Assembly (NCBI RefSeq): GCF_003353065.1
Contig: NZ_CP027806.1
Coordinates: forward strand, 1,411,353 to 1,443,352
Direction: 5' to 3'
Origin: Cyclonatronum proteinivorum
Lineage (GTDB): Bacteria > Bacteroidota > Rhodothermia > Balneolales > Cyclonatronaceae
Length of the DNA: 32,000 bases
Under the pieces are notes generated by a model. That model was not told the DNA's origin, did no database searches, and was given only the letters and a program-made list of their open reading frames with translations. Below, piece after piece: positions 5,190-12,924 of the stretch (the first letter of the stretch is position 1; every line of letters starts with the position of its first letter). Position numbers and translations under genes: made by a program.

Positions 5190-8141
5190 ATGATGGGGTT
5201 CATCCTTCCCCTTTCCCCATCTCCCCAAAACACGGCATCCGCTTCAACCTCAGCTTCTTTCTTCTTCGACGATACGGATGAAGTGGTGCTCATTTTTAGC
5301 TATCCGGCGGTGGGGCGGGTGTATGTTACGGCTTTGTTCGATTACAATCAGAATGAGCTGCTGATTCCGGTTACGGAGATGTTTACGCTGCTGGGGGTAA
5401 ATTTTTCGCGCGGGGAGACGCAGCGGAATGTGATCGAGGGCGTTTTTCTGACCAACGGGGAGCGGTATTCGATGAATTTCGATAATTTCAGCATCATCAA
5501 GGGCGGGCGGCGGTATGAGTTTGATGCGGAGCGTATGCACTCCGGGGCCCTGGATTTTTACCTCACGCCTGATGTGTGGGAAGATGTGTTCGGGCTGGAA
5601 TTCTCCTTTAATTTCAGCGCGCTGAGTCTGTCGCTGCGCACCGAGCGTATCCTTCCCATAGAGGAGCGCCGGCAGCGGGAGCAGGCGCGGCAGCGGATTG
5701 AGGCCCTGGATTTCGGGCGGTCTTTTAACCCGCTGCTGTTTCCGCGGGAGCGCTCGGTTGTGCGGACCGGCTTTTTGGATTACAACCTGAGTGCCTCGAG
5801 TCTGGTGAACGAACAGCTCCAGAATTACAGCTACAGCTTTATTGGCGGCGGGGAGTTTCTGGGCGGCGATATACAGGGCTCCCACGTTGGGGGCTACACC
5901 GCCGACGGGCAGTGGTTTAACCGTACGAGTAACCTGCGCTGGCGCTATGTGATGCCGGATAATCCGTTTGTGACGACCCTCACCGCGGGGCAGATCAGTA
6001 CCGGCGGTATTAACAGTACGCGGATTCGCGGGCTTTCGATGACCAACGAGCCGGTCGAGTCCCGGCAGCTGTATGGCACCTATGTGCTGGAAGGCCGGGC
6101 CGAGCCGGACAGTGAAATTGAACTCTATTTCAACAACCGCCTGCTGGAGTACACCCGGGCCGACGGCCTCGGGTTTTATCGTTTTGAAGTGCCGCTGCGC
6201 TACGGCACGACCCGCCTCGAAACCCGCATCTACACCCCGAGCGGCGCAATGGAAGTAAGTGAGCGGCAGATTCAGGTGCCTTTTGTGTTCCTGCCGCCGG
6301 GTCAGGTGCAGTACAATCTGGAAGGAGGGGTGCTCGATCAGACTTTTGGGGCGAGCGGCACCAACGTAGCGGCGCATGGCAACGTCGCCTACGGACTAAA
6401 CAGCTGGCTCACGACCCGCGCCGGTATGGAGTACAATGAGTTTGAGAGCGAGGTGCCCAACGCTTACGGCTCCCTCTCGGCCCGCGTATTCTCGCAGTAT
6501 CTGGTGAATGTCGATCTCGTACCTAATGCGTTTTACCGGGCACAGAGCAGCGTCGTGTTTGCCTCAAGCCGCAGCATTGCCGCAACCTATACCTGGTTCG
6601 ATGGTGATTCCCGCTTTAATACGCGGCAGGCGACCGATCAGCTCACTCTGAATTTTTATACGCCCATCCCGTTTTTCAGCAGTTTCAATGCCGGGGTGCG
6701 GTTTTCCGGGGATGTGGTGCGCTACAGCTGGGGCAGCGAAACCCGGGGTTCGGGCGATTTGTTTTTTCGCCTGATGGATGTAAACCTGCGCTTCAACTAC
6801 CGCAATACCCTCATTCAGAGCGGCAGCAGCCTTTCAAGGGGCAACGGGCAGCTTACGGCCACCGGCTCCTACACCATTCCGAGGCAGTCGGTGCTGCCCC
6901 GGCCTTTCCGGAGCGTGTTTCTGCGCGGATCGCTGGTGTATGATGAGCGGCTGAATCAGATTCGCTCCGTAGATGCACAGCTTTCCCGTAATATCGGACG
7001 GATTGGCCGTTTTAATGTGGGGATGACGCGGCAGCTGCTCAACAACATCACCATTGTGCAGGGCGGGCTTAGCCTGGATTTGGGGGGCAAGGTGCGTTCA
7101 TCGACTGATTTCCGCGGGGCATCCGGCAACTACAACCTGCGGCAGGGGCTGCGCGGCTCGGTCGGTTTCGATGATCAGGCAACCTATCTGCAAGCCACGG
7201 ACCGTCAGCAGGTCGGGCGTTCAGCGGCTTCGGTTGTGCTTTTCATCGATAACAACAACAGCGGTACCTTCGATGAAGGCGACGAGCTGCTGCCCTATGC
7301 CGCCGTTCGTCTCGACCGTTCGGCAAGCAGCCGGGTTGGCAGGGACGGTATTCTGCGCCTCACGCAGCTGCAAAGCTATTACCGCTACAATCTCGAAATC
7401 AACCGTAACGCCATCCCGCATCCGCTGCTCGTGCCGGCCAAAGATCAGTTCAGTTTTGTGGCCGATCCGAATCAGTACAAGCGCATCGAAATCCCGTTTT
7501 ACCGCTCCGGCGTGATCGACGGCGAAGTGCTGATCCGCCGGGCCGGCGAAACCGAAGGGCAGGGCGGGATGCGGCTGCTGCTCAGCGGAATTGATCACGA
7601 TTATTCCGAAGTTATCCGTACATTCTTTGGTGGCGGGTTTTATGCAATGGATATCCCTCCGGGCCGCTACACCCTCGAAGTTGATCCCGGTCAGCTGGAT
7701 TTCCTCGGTCTCGTTCCGTTTGACGGGCTTACGGAATTTGAAATACGTGCCCTTGCTGACGGCGATTTTGTTGAAGATATTCGTATCATGCTGGTTCCGC
7801 CCGGAGAAGCATTTGTGCCCGTAACGGCGGAAAGTTTACTTGAACAAGAGCTTTTTGATGAATTGAAGGCGTCCAAACAGGATGCCATCCGGAATTATGT
7901 ACGCGCACAGCATCTTATCTATACGCAGGATTTCAGGGCGGCTTTACAGGCCATTGACGCCTCGCTCCGAATATTCGAAACAGATCACGGACTTGCACTC
8001 CGGGGTACCATTCTGTATCTGCTGGGCGACCGCGATGAAGCGCGCAGGCACTGGCTGCGTGCAAATGAGCGGAATCCCGATATACCGATCCCCAGTACCG
8101 AACTGCTTGACCTGATGATAAGAAACCAAGGGCAGCGCTAA
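5190..8141 (+). CDS. Usher-like outer-membrane pilus assembly protein with C-terminal CarboxypepD_reg-like and TPR modules
   Basis: The tracked ORF formally starts at 3540, but its first ~1.6 kb is the repeat array (see findings). I start at ATG 5190; TTG 5175 is also possible. An usher-like plug/barrel pattern is present: TAGQISTGGINSTRIRGLSMTNEPVESRQLYGTYVLEGRAEPDSEIELYFNNRLLEYTRADGLGFYRFEVPLRYGTTRLETRIYTPSGAMEV. Long beta-rich Y/F/N/S/R sequence follows, then GVIDGEVLIRR...IPPGRYTLEVDP. The tail is TPR-like (FRAALQAIDASLRIFETDHGLALRGTILYLLGDRDEARRHWLRANERNPD). The gene sits downstream of subunit and chaperone genes. Confidence 0.6.
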   Translation: MMGFILPLSPSPQNTASASTSASFFFDDTDEVVLIFSYPAVGRVYVTALFDYNQNELLIPVTEMFTLLGVNFSRGETQRNVIEGVFLTNGERYSMNFDNFSIIKGGRRYEFDAERMHSGALDFYLTPDVWEDVFGLEFSFNFSALSLSLRTERILPIEERRQREQARQRIEALDFGRSFNPLLFPRERSVVRTGFLDYNLSASSLVNEQLQNYSYSFIGGGEFLGGDIQGSHVGGYTADGQWFNRTSNLRWRYVMPDNPFVTTLTAGQISTGGINSTRIRGLSMTNEPVESRQLYGTYVLEGRAEPDSEIELYFNNRLLEYTRADGLGFYRFEVPLRYGTTRLETRIYTPSGAMEVSERQIQVPFVFLPPGQVQYNLEGGVLDQTFGASGTNVAAHGNVAYGLNSWLTTRAGMEYNEFESEVPNAYGSLSARVFSQYLVNVDLVPNAFYRAQSSVVFASSRSIAATYTWFDGDSRFNTRQATDQLTLNFYTPIPFFSSFNAGVRFSGDVVRYSWGSETRGSGDLFFRLMDVNLRFNYRNTLIQSGSSLSRGNGQLTATGSYTIPRQSVLPRPFRSVFLRGSLVYDERLNQIRSVDAQLSRNIGRIGRFNVGMTRQLLNNITIVQGGLSLDLGGKVRSSTDFRGASGNYNLRQGLRGSVGFDDQATYLQATDRQQVGRSAASVVLFIDNNNSGTFDEGDELLPYAAVRLDRSASSRVGRDGILRLTQLQSYYRYNLEINRNAIPHPLLVPAKDQFSFVADPNQYKRIEIPFYRSGVIDGEVLIRRAGETEGQGGMRLLLSGIDHDYSEVIRTFFGGGFYAMDIPPGRYTLEVDPGQLDFLGLVPFDGLTEFEIRALADGDFVEDIRIMLVPPGEAFVPVTAESLLEQELFDELKASKQDAIRNYVRAQHLIYTQDFRAALQAIDASLRIFETDHGLALRGTILYLLGDRDEARRHWLRANERNPDIPIPSTELLDLMIRNQGQR

Positions 8142-8148
8142 CGAAACG

Positions 8149-10221
8149 ATGAAACCAACATTTTGTATGTTTGACAGGGCAAACGATGCAGTTATGATAA
8201 TCAGACCTCAGATTACACGTGTACAACAACGTATGCTTAAGCGCGAAAAAAGTCGTAAACGGCGTTTTTGGATTGCCATTGCAATTGTAGTCGCCCTATG
8301 GGGGGTACTGATGGCGCCCGCTTTGCTGTGGGCGGGCAGCCCTTTTACACAGGTGTCTTCTGATACGGTAACCCTAACGCCCTTTAGTTTCGACCCGCAG
8401 CAGGGCAACCTGTCAGATACCATTGCTGACCCCGCTTCTGATGCGGTGGTCAGCATTGCTGCCGCGACGGCTCTTGAGCGCTCTGAGCGCGAACAGCGGC
8501 TCGACCGGCTCATCCAAAGTGCGATGGTCAACTTTTTTGATTCCGGTACTTTTTTGGTAGATACCAAGGTTTCGCTGGAGTTTGTGCCGGTGCAGCGGCC
8601 CAACGGGGAGCAGGGCGGCGGCGGGGCTGTGAGTCCGGTGCGCGAAAATCTGCCCGGTTTGCCTGGCGTGCCCATGTATCTGCTGCGTTCAAGTGAAGCC
8701 CCCTCTGAAGGCGGACTGACCGAGTACAGCCTTGAGCTCCGCCGTATAGAAGTTGAAATGCTCGTTGACTCGGATTATACCGCAGATGAAATCAATTTTG
8801 TAGATCAGCTGATTCGGGCAACGGCCAAAATTGACGACGCCCGCGGCGACCGTGTCACCATCACACGCTCCTCCTTCCCGCAGCGCCGCACAGCACAGAA
8901 CGGCACCGCCCCAACCGTACAGCCATTGCCCGACACCTTCCCGGGGCCTGATGCCCTGCAGGAGCGTCCGCCGGTACCTCCTATGGAAGTGCCGCTATGG
9001 GAGCAGATTTTAGCGGAACCCCTCTATTGGATTCCCCTGCTCATGCTGTTTGGGTTATTCATTGGTTTTTTAATATGGCTGCTCACCCGTAAGCGCGATG
9101 AGCGCGACAAAGAACCCATGAGCCGTCCGGATGCGCCTGCACCGCCACCGGTCATGCCGCCCATCGGTGAAGCTGTACACCCGGATACGCTTGCGCGGAA
9201 AAAGCGGGAAATGGAAAAGCGGGAGCAGGCCAGAGAAAACGACTACGCGACCTATCTGTTGGAGCAAATCATGCAGTATCCGCCGGAGATGGCGCGCCTG
9301 TTTGAATCGTGGATGAAAAAAGAAGGCGAAAAAGGTCTTATGAAGGCGGCACACATCCTGCTGCTCACCGATCCCAAGCTCGTGCGGGTGCTCAAGCCCG
9401 CCATGACCGAGGAGCGGTTTAACGCGCTAAAAGCCCGTGTTGAAGCCTCCGGTGAACAGCCGGGGGAGGAAGCCATGAAAGAGCTGCGCAACCTCACGCG
9501 CTATCTGAAAGCCCGTACGCAGGAAAATACGGTACGCCGCGGGCTGCGTGCCCTCAACGATTTCGACTTCGTACAGCATGAAGATGACGATCGCCTGCTG
9601 CTGCATCTCATAGATTACGAACCGCGCGAAATTGCCATCATCCTGAGTCACCTTGAGAGCAAGCGTGCGGCCCTCATGCTGCGGGAGTTCGAACCCGAAA
9701 AATCGCAGCAGGTCATGCTTGAGCTTCCTAAAGTGAAAAATACCGATTATGAGACCTACCGCAGTCTGGCCGAAGACTTTTTTAACCGCATCAGTACGGA
9801 TACGGACGATGATGAGCGGTTTAAGGAAAGCGATGTAGCAGAAACGGTGAAGCTGATTGAATCGCTGCCGCTGCGTCAGCAGGAAGAAACGAGCGAGCGT
9901 TTTATGCGTGAGGAAAACCCCTACGCCGCAGCCGTTACAAGCCGCATGATTACCTTCATGACGCTCTCAACGGTGAGTGATGATATCATTACGGAAGCCA
10001 TTCAGCCGATTGGCACCGAACAGCTCGGGCTGGCCCTGGCAGGTATGGATTCCGAAACGGCATTCCGGCTCATCAGCCTGCGTCCGGAGCGCGAGCAGAT
10101 GGTGCTGCATTCCGAAATGGAAAATGCGGCCGTAGTCAGCGATGAGAAAATCAATGAAGCCAAGAACAGCCTGCTCAACCGAATCCGCGCAACTGCGCGC
10201 AGCAAACAGCAAACGGTTTAG
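8149..10221 (+). CDS. Two-TM inner-membrane protein: FliF/YscJ-like periplasmic segment fused to a FliG-like (FliG_M/FliG_C or MgtE_N-like) cytoplasmic domain
   Basis: TM1 is about 8266-8333 (WIAIAIVVALWGVLMAPALLWA) and TM2 about 9022-9087 (LYWIPLLMLFGLFIGFLIWLL). The periplasmic part ends YSLELRRIEVEMLVDSDYTADEINFVDQLIRATAKIDDARGDRVTITRSSFP, resembling the end of the FliF ring domains. The cytoplasmic part has YEPREIAIILSHLESKRAALMLREFEPEKSQQVMLEL (compare the EHPQ-region of the FliG middle domain). It also has LGLALAGMDSETAFRLISLRPEREQMVLHSEMEN...INEAKNSLLNRIR (compare the FliG C-terminal torque-helix region). Alternative starts at 8167, 8194 and 8233. Confidence 0.6.
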   Translation: MKPTFCMFDRANDAVMIIRPQITRVQQRMLKREKSRKRRFWIAIAIVVALWGVLMAPALLWAGSPFTQVSSDTVTLTPFSFDPQQGNLSDTIADPASDAVVSIAAATALERSEREQRLDRLIQSAMVNFFDSGTFLVDTKVSLEFVPVQRPNGEQGGGGAVSPVRENLPGLPGVPMYLLRSSEAPSEGGLTEYSLELRRIEVEMLVDSDYTADEINFVDQLIRATAKIDDARGDRVTITRSSFPQRRTAQNGTAPTVQPLPDTFPGPDALQERPPVPPMEVPLWEQILAEPLYWIPLLMLFGLFIGFLIWLLTRKRDERDKEPMSRPDAPAPPPVMPPIGEAVHPDTLARKKREMEKREQARENDYATYLLEQIMQYPPEMARLFESWMKKEGEKGLMKAAHILLLTDPKLVRVLKPAMTEERFNALKARVEASGEQPGEEAMKELRNLTRYLKARTQENTVRRGLRALNDFDFVQHEDDDRLLLHLIDYEPREIAIILSHLESKRAALMLREFEPEKSQQVMLELPKVKNTDYETYRSLAEDFFNRISTDTDDDERFKESDVAETVKLIESLPLRQQEETSERFMREENPYAAAVTSRMITFMTLSTVSDDIITEAIQPIGTEQLGLALAGMDSETAFRLISLRPEREQMVLHSEMENAAVVSDEKINEAKNSLLNRIRATARSKQQTV

Positions 10222-10286
10222 CCAGTCCGGTAAACCACGGCTTAGCCCAACTTCTAATTTTCTAATCTTAATGGTGTAAGGCGTAC

Positions 10287-10808
10287 ATGCTTAGTAAATC
10301 CCCATCCGGTCTGAATGGCTTCCTGCCAGCCCTGACTGCTGTCCTGCTGCTCCTGCTGCTGGTCGGATGCAGCTCCTCCGGCACGGCCGTACCGGCAGGG
10401 AGTGAGGGCGGAGATCCTCAGGCGGCGGAAGACGTACTGCAACGCCGTACGCTTGAAGTGGCAGATACCTCCGCGGCGCAGGCATCGCAGGATTCTGTTA
10501 CCGAAGCAGAAGAGGTCCGGCTGAGCTCCCGTTTTGTTGAAGAGGCGTTTGCGGACTACGCACAGCGGACCAACACCAAGCTCACCCTCTTTTTTCAGGC
10601 ACAGCAGCGCTACCATGCCGGGCAGTATGTGGAAGCGCTGCGGCTCATAAACCGCGCCCTGGAGTGGGGCGAAAGCGCCGATGCCCTTGCCATGAAAGGA
10701 CTGATATTTGCCGGTCTTCAGGCCGAAGAGCAGGCCATTAGCTACTGGCAGCGCGCCATTGCGCTCGATCCGGATGTGTTTGAGCGCATCCTGCTACCCC
10801 GCGAATAG
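10287..10808 (+). CDS. TPR-repeat lipoprotein
   Basis: Lipobox LLLLVGC after a hydrophobic leader. The C-terminal half is TPR-like (QQRYHAGQYVEALRLINRALEWGESADALAMKGLIFAGLQAEEQAISYWQRAIALDP). Confidence 0.7.
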   Translation: MLSKSPSGLNGFLPALTAVLLLLLLVGCSSSGTAVPAGSEGGDPQAAEDVLQRRTLEVADTSAAQASQDSVTEAEEVRLSSRFVEEAFADYAQRTNTKLTLFFQAQQRYHAGQYVEALRLINRALEWGESADALAMKGLIFAGLQAEEQAISYWQRAIALDPDVFERILLPRE

Positions 10809-10874
10809 CAAGCAGAAGTACCACAGAAACGAACGCAGGTGTGATCCCTTAAACTGAACCCCAAAAACTGAACC

Positions 10875-11693
10875 ATGCGCATATCCTGGGCTACCGTAAT
10901 CTGCATCCTTGTGTTTGGCTTTTTGCTTGTACTCTCCGTACTGCAAACGCTGGATGTTGTGCAGATTGTCCGATTCCCGTCCGCCCTTGATTTTCTGAAT
11001 CTGCCGAGCGTAGGCATCGTGGCCGGCGGGGTTATGCTGCACGTGCTTATCTCGTATCCTTTCTATGAAATCAGGCGTGCGTTAGTCGCTTTCATACACG
11101 TGTTTTCGGAAAGTGCCCTCGACAGGGAAACGTTTAAGAACGATCGCAGGCGTATTCTGGAATGGCAGCGCCTGTACCGCGACAACCGCAATAAAACACG
11201 TAAAGAGCTGGCCGAACAGCTCAGCGATACGTTTGAAGGCTACGTTTTTACCCTGCTGAATACCAACTACAGCCGGGATGAAATTCTGGATATGGGCGGC
11301 ATCAAAATTGAAGAGCGCTACAACGATACGGTACAAACTTCGCGGGTTTTCCAAACCATGGGTACAGCCGCGCCGGCAATCGGGATGCTGGGGACGCTTA
11401 TGGGGCTCATCATCATGCTGGCCAATTTTCAGGATGCCGAGCAGCTCGGTCTCGGGCTTTCATTTGCCCTCATGACAACGCTGTACGGTCTGGTGCTGGC
11501 GCATTTGCTGATGTTTCCGCTGGCAACCAAGTTCAGGGTAATGGCGCAGCATCAGTACTTCCGGGAGCGGGTGATGCTGGAAGGCATCCTCATGCTGCAC
11601 GAGGGCAAACCACCGCTCATGATTTATGACAAGCTCGGTGCTTTCATTTCAACCCTGAAAGACGATACCAAAGATTTTGCGCCCACCGGCTGA
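10875..11693 (+). CDS. MotA/TolQ/ExbB proton-channel family protein (MotA-like stator subunit)
   Basis: Two N-terminal TM helices, a charged cytoplasmic loop, then the family signature TMGTAAPAIGMLGTLMGLIIML...LSFALMTTLYGLVLAHLLMFPLATKF. At 272 aa it has no long ZorA-type tail. A MotB-like gene follows directly. Confidence 0.85.
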   Translation: MRISWATVICILVFGFLLVLSVLQTLDVVQIVRFPSALDFLNLPSVGIVAGGVMLHVLISYPFYEIRRALVAFIHVFSESALDRETFKNDRRRILEWQRLYRDNRNKTRKELAEQLSDTFEGYVFTLLNTNYSRDEILDMGGIKIEERYNDTVQTSRVFQTMGTAAPAIGMLGTLMGLIIMLANFQDAEQLGLGLSFALMTTLYGLVLAHLLMFPLATKFRVMAQHQYFRERVMLEGILMLHEGKPPLMIYDKLGAFISTLKDDTKDFAPTG

Positions 11694-11756
11694 CCATGGC
11701 ACGGTATCTCTATTTCAATATCTATATCATAAACCAGCTACGCGTACAATCACAGC

Positions 11757-12419
11757 ATGCGATTCCGTCCTACCGATGATAATGAAGGCTTCACCAATGA
11801 GTCCTGGCAGACGAGCTTCCTCGATATCTTTATGCTGCTGCTCGCCTTTTTTATTATCCTGGCCGGGCTGGCCCGCTACGACATGCGTATTTTTGATGAC
11901 GACGCCCGCGGCCTGCGTTCTCTGATTCAGGGTACCATGCGGGTGCAGACCCCGATAGATGAGCTGCGGTTTGATATGCAGGATGCGCTCTCTGCTGAAA
12001 TCGGGAGTCAGATGCTGCAGCTCGATAGCGACCGCGATGAAATGCGCCTGAGTTTCACCGATGCCCGTTTTTTTGAAACGGCCCGCGCGGAGCTGCTACC
12101 GGAAGGCAAGGCGCTGATAGACCGCATTATGGAAGTCATGGCCGAGCTCAAATTCTATCAGTATTACATTGATGTTGAAGGCCATACCGATAACCGGCCC
12201 ATCAGCACTTTACAGTTTCCCTCCAACTGGGAGCTCTCCGCGGCCCGTGCCTCCAACATCATCCGCTATTTTATGGAGCAGGGCTTCGAACCGTCCCGCC
12301 TCAAAGCCAGCGGCTACGCCGAAACCCGCCCAATTGTACCCAATCAGGACGAATTCGGCAACGACCTCCCCGACAATCAGGCCCTGAACCGCCGGGTTGT
12401 GATCCGGATTTATTATTGA
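11757..12419 (+). CDS. MotB-like stator subunit with OmpA-type peptidoglycan-binding domain
   Basis: The N-terminal TM has the conserved channel Asp (SFLDIFMLLLAFFIIL; GAT at 11823-11825). The C-terminal OmpA-like domain reads VEGHTDNRPI...FPSNWELSAARASNIIRYF...SGYAETRPI...NRRVVIRI. Confidence 0.85.
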   Translation: MRFRPTDDNEGFTNESWQTSFLDIFMLLLAFFIILAGLARYDMRIFDDDARGLRSLIQGTMRVQTPIDELRFDMQDALSAEIGSQMLQLDSDRDEMRLSFTDARFFETARAELLPEGKALIDRIMEVMAELKFYQYYIDVEGHTDNRPISTLQFPSNWELSAARASNIIRYFMEQGFEPSRLKASGYAETRPIVPNQDEFGNDLPDNQALNRRVVIRIYY

Positions 12420-12644
12420 GTGTAGCGTGCAGCGTTTGGGGGGGGTGATGGCGGCAGTTTGATTTTTTCGAAATGTGCACAAATCCGAGTGCCATCTGGT
12501 CGTTGCGTCGCGGCCGTCGGGTCTCCTTCGCGCCTTCGCGAACCCTCCCCCAAAAAGCATTAGCCTATGCCCGATTTCAGGGGAAGCAACCGGCACTGTA
12601 GCCGGTGTTGTTATCGGAGTTTCTCAAAAATGAGCGTCTGTGTC

Positions 12645-12782
12645 TAACCCGCATTATTCACCAAGAAAATTTCGCAGTCCTTGCACCACACTCAAATTTG
12701 GGCTACCGGAGTATTTCACTAAGCCAAATATAAACTTGCATTTAGCAAATAAATTCTGTTGAATTGTGAATAATGCGGGCTA
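12645..12782. mobile_element. MITE-like element, copy 1 (138 bp) with 17-bp terminal inverted repeats
   Basis: The left end is TAACCCGCATTATTCAC and the right end is GTGAATAATGCGGGCTA. The interior is homologous to 30795-31026 (ATTTCGCAGTC...CACCACACTCAAATTTGGGCTAC...CATTTAGCAAATAAA). The terminal TA could be a target-site duplication. Confidence 0.75.
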
Positions 12783-12892
12783 ACCAGGCAGGTTGGCTGT
12801 TCCTCAGTCTGTCGGGTTGCTGTATGGATTGGTGTTTTTGCAACTCAAATAACAGGTGCATTTAATAGTAAAAAAACTTTAATTAGGAAGAT

Positions 12893-12924
12893 GTGCTTTT
12901 GTCACTGGCAAAAGCACTTTTTTT
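12893..12924 (+). terminator. Terminator-like hairpin plus T7 run abutting the first ATG of the protease ORF
   Basis: GTGCTTTTG (12893-12901), loop TCACTGG, CAAAAGCAC (12909-12917), then TTTTTTT (12918-12924). The ATG follows at 12925. Confidence 0.5.

Noticed and set aside
5250-6377. Long antisense or alternative-frame ORFs inside confident genes: 788-1474(-), 2737-3399(-), 5250-6377(-), 14173-14832(-), 15186-15923(-), 17230-17829(-), 20170-21045(-), 21578-22681(+), 22626-23708(+), 23819-24904(+), 25079-26194(+)
   Set aside because: These are shadow ORFs typical of GC-rich DNA. They have R/A/G/P/H-rich low-complexity translations and no recognisable motifs, and each overlaps a gene with strong family signatures on the other strand or frame.
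10875-12419. Zorya (ZorAB) defence system, or ExbBD-TonB / TolQR
   Set aside because: The MotA-like protein is only 272 aa without the long ZorA C-terminal tail, and no ZorC/D/E-like genes follow. The partner has an OmpA-type peptidoglycan-binding domain, unlike ExbD/TolR. No TonB/TolA-like gene is adjacent.
8149-12419. Fragment of a conventional flagellar gene cluster
   Set aside because: No fliM/fliN, fliH/I/J, flhA/B, flg or flagellin genes lie anywhere in the 32 kb. The FliG-like domain is fused behind two TM helices, and the upstream neighbours are pilus genes. It remains possible that a flagellar regulon exists elsewhere in the genome.
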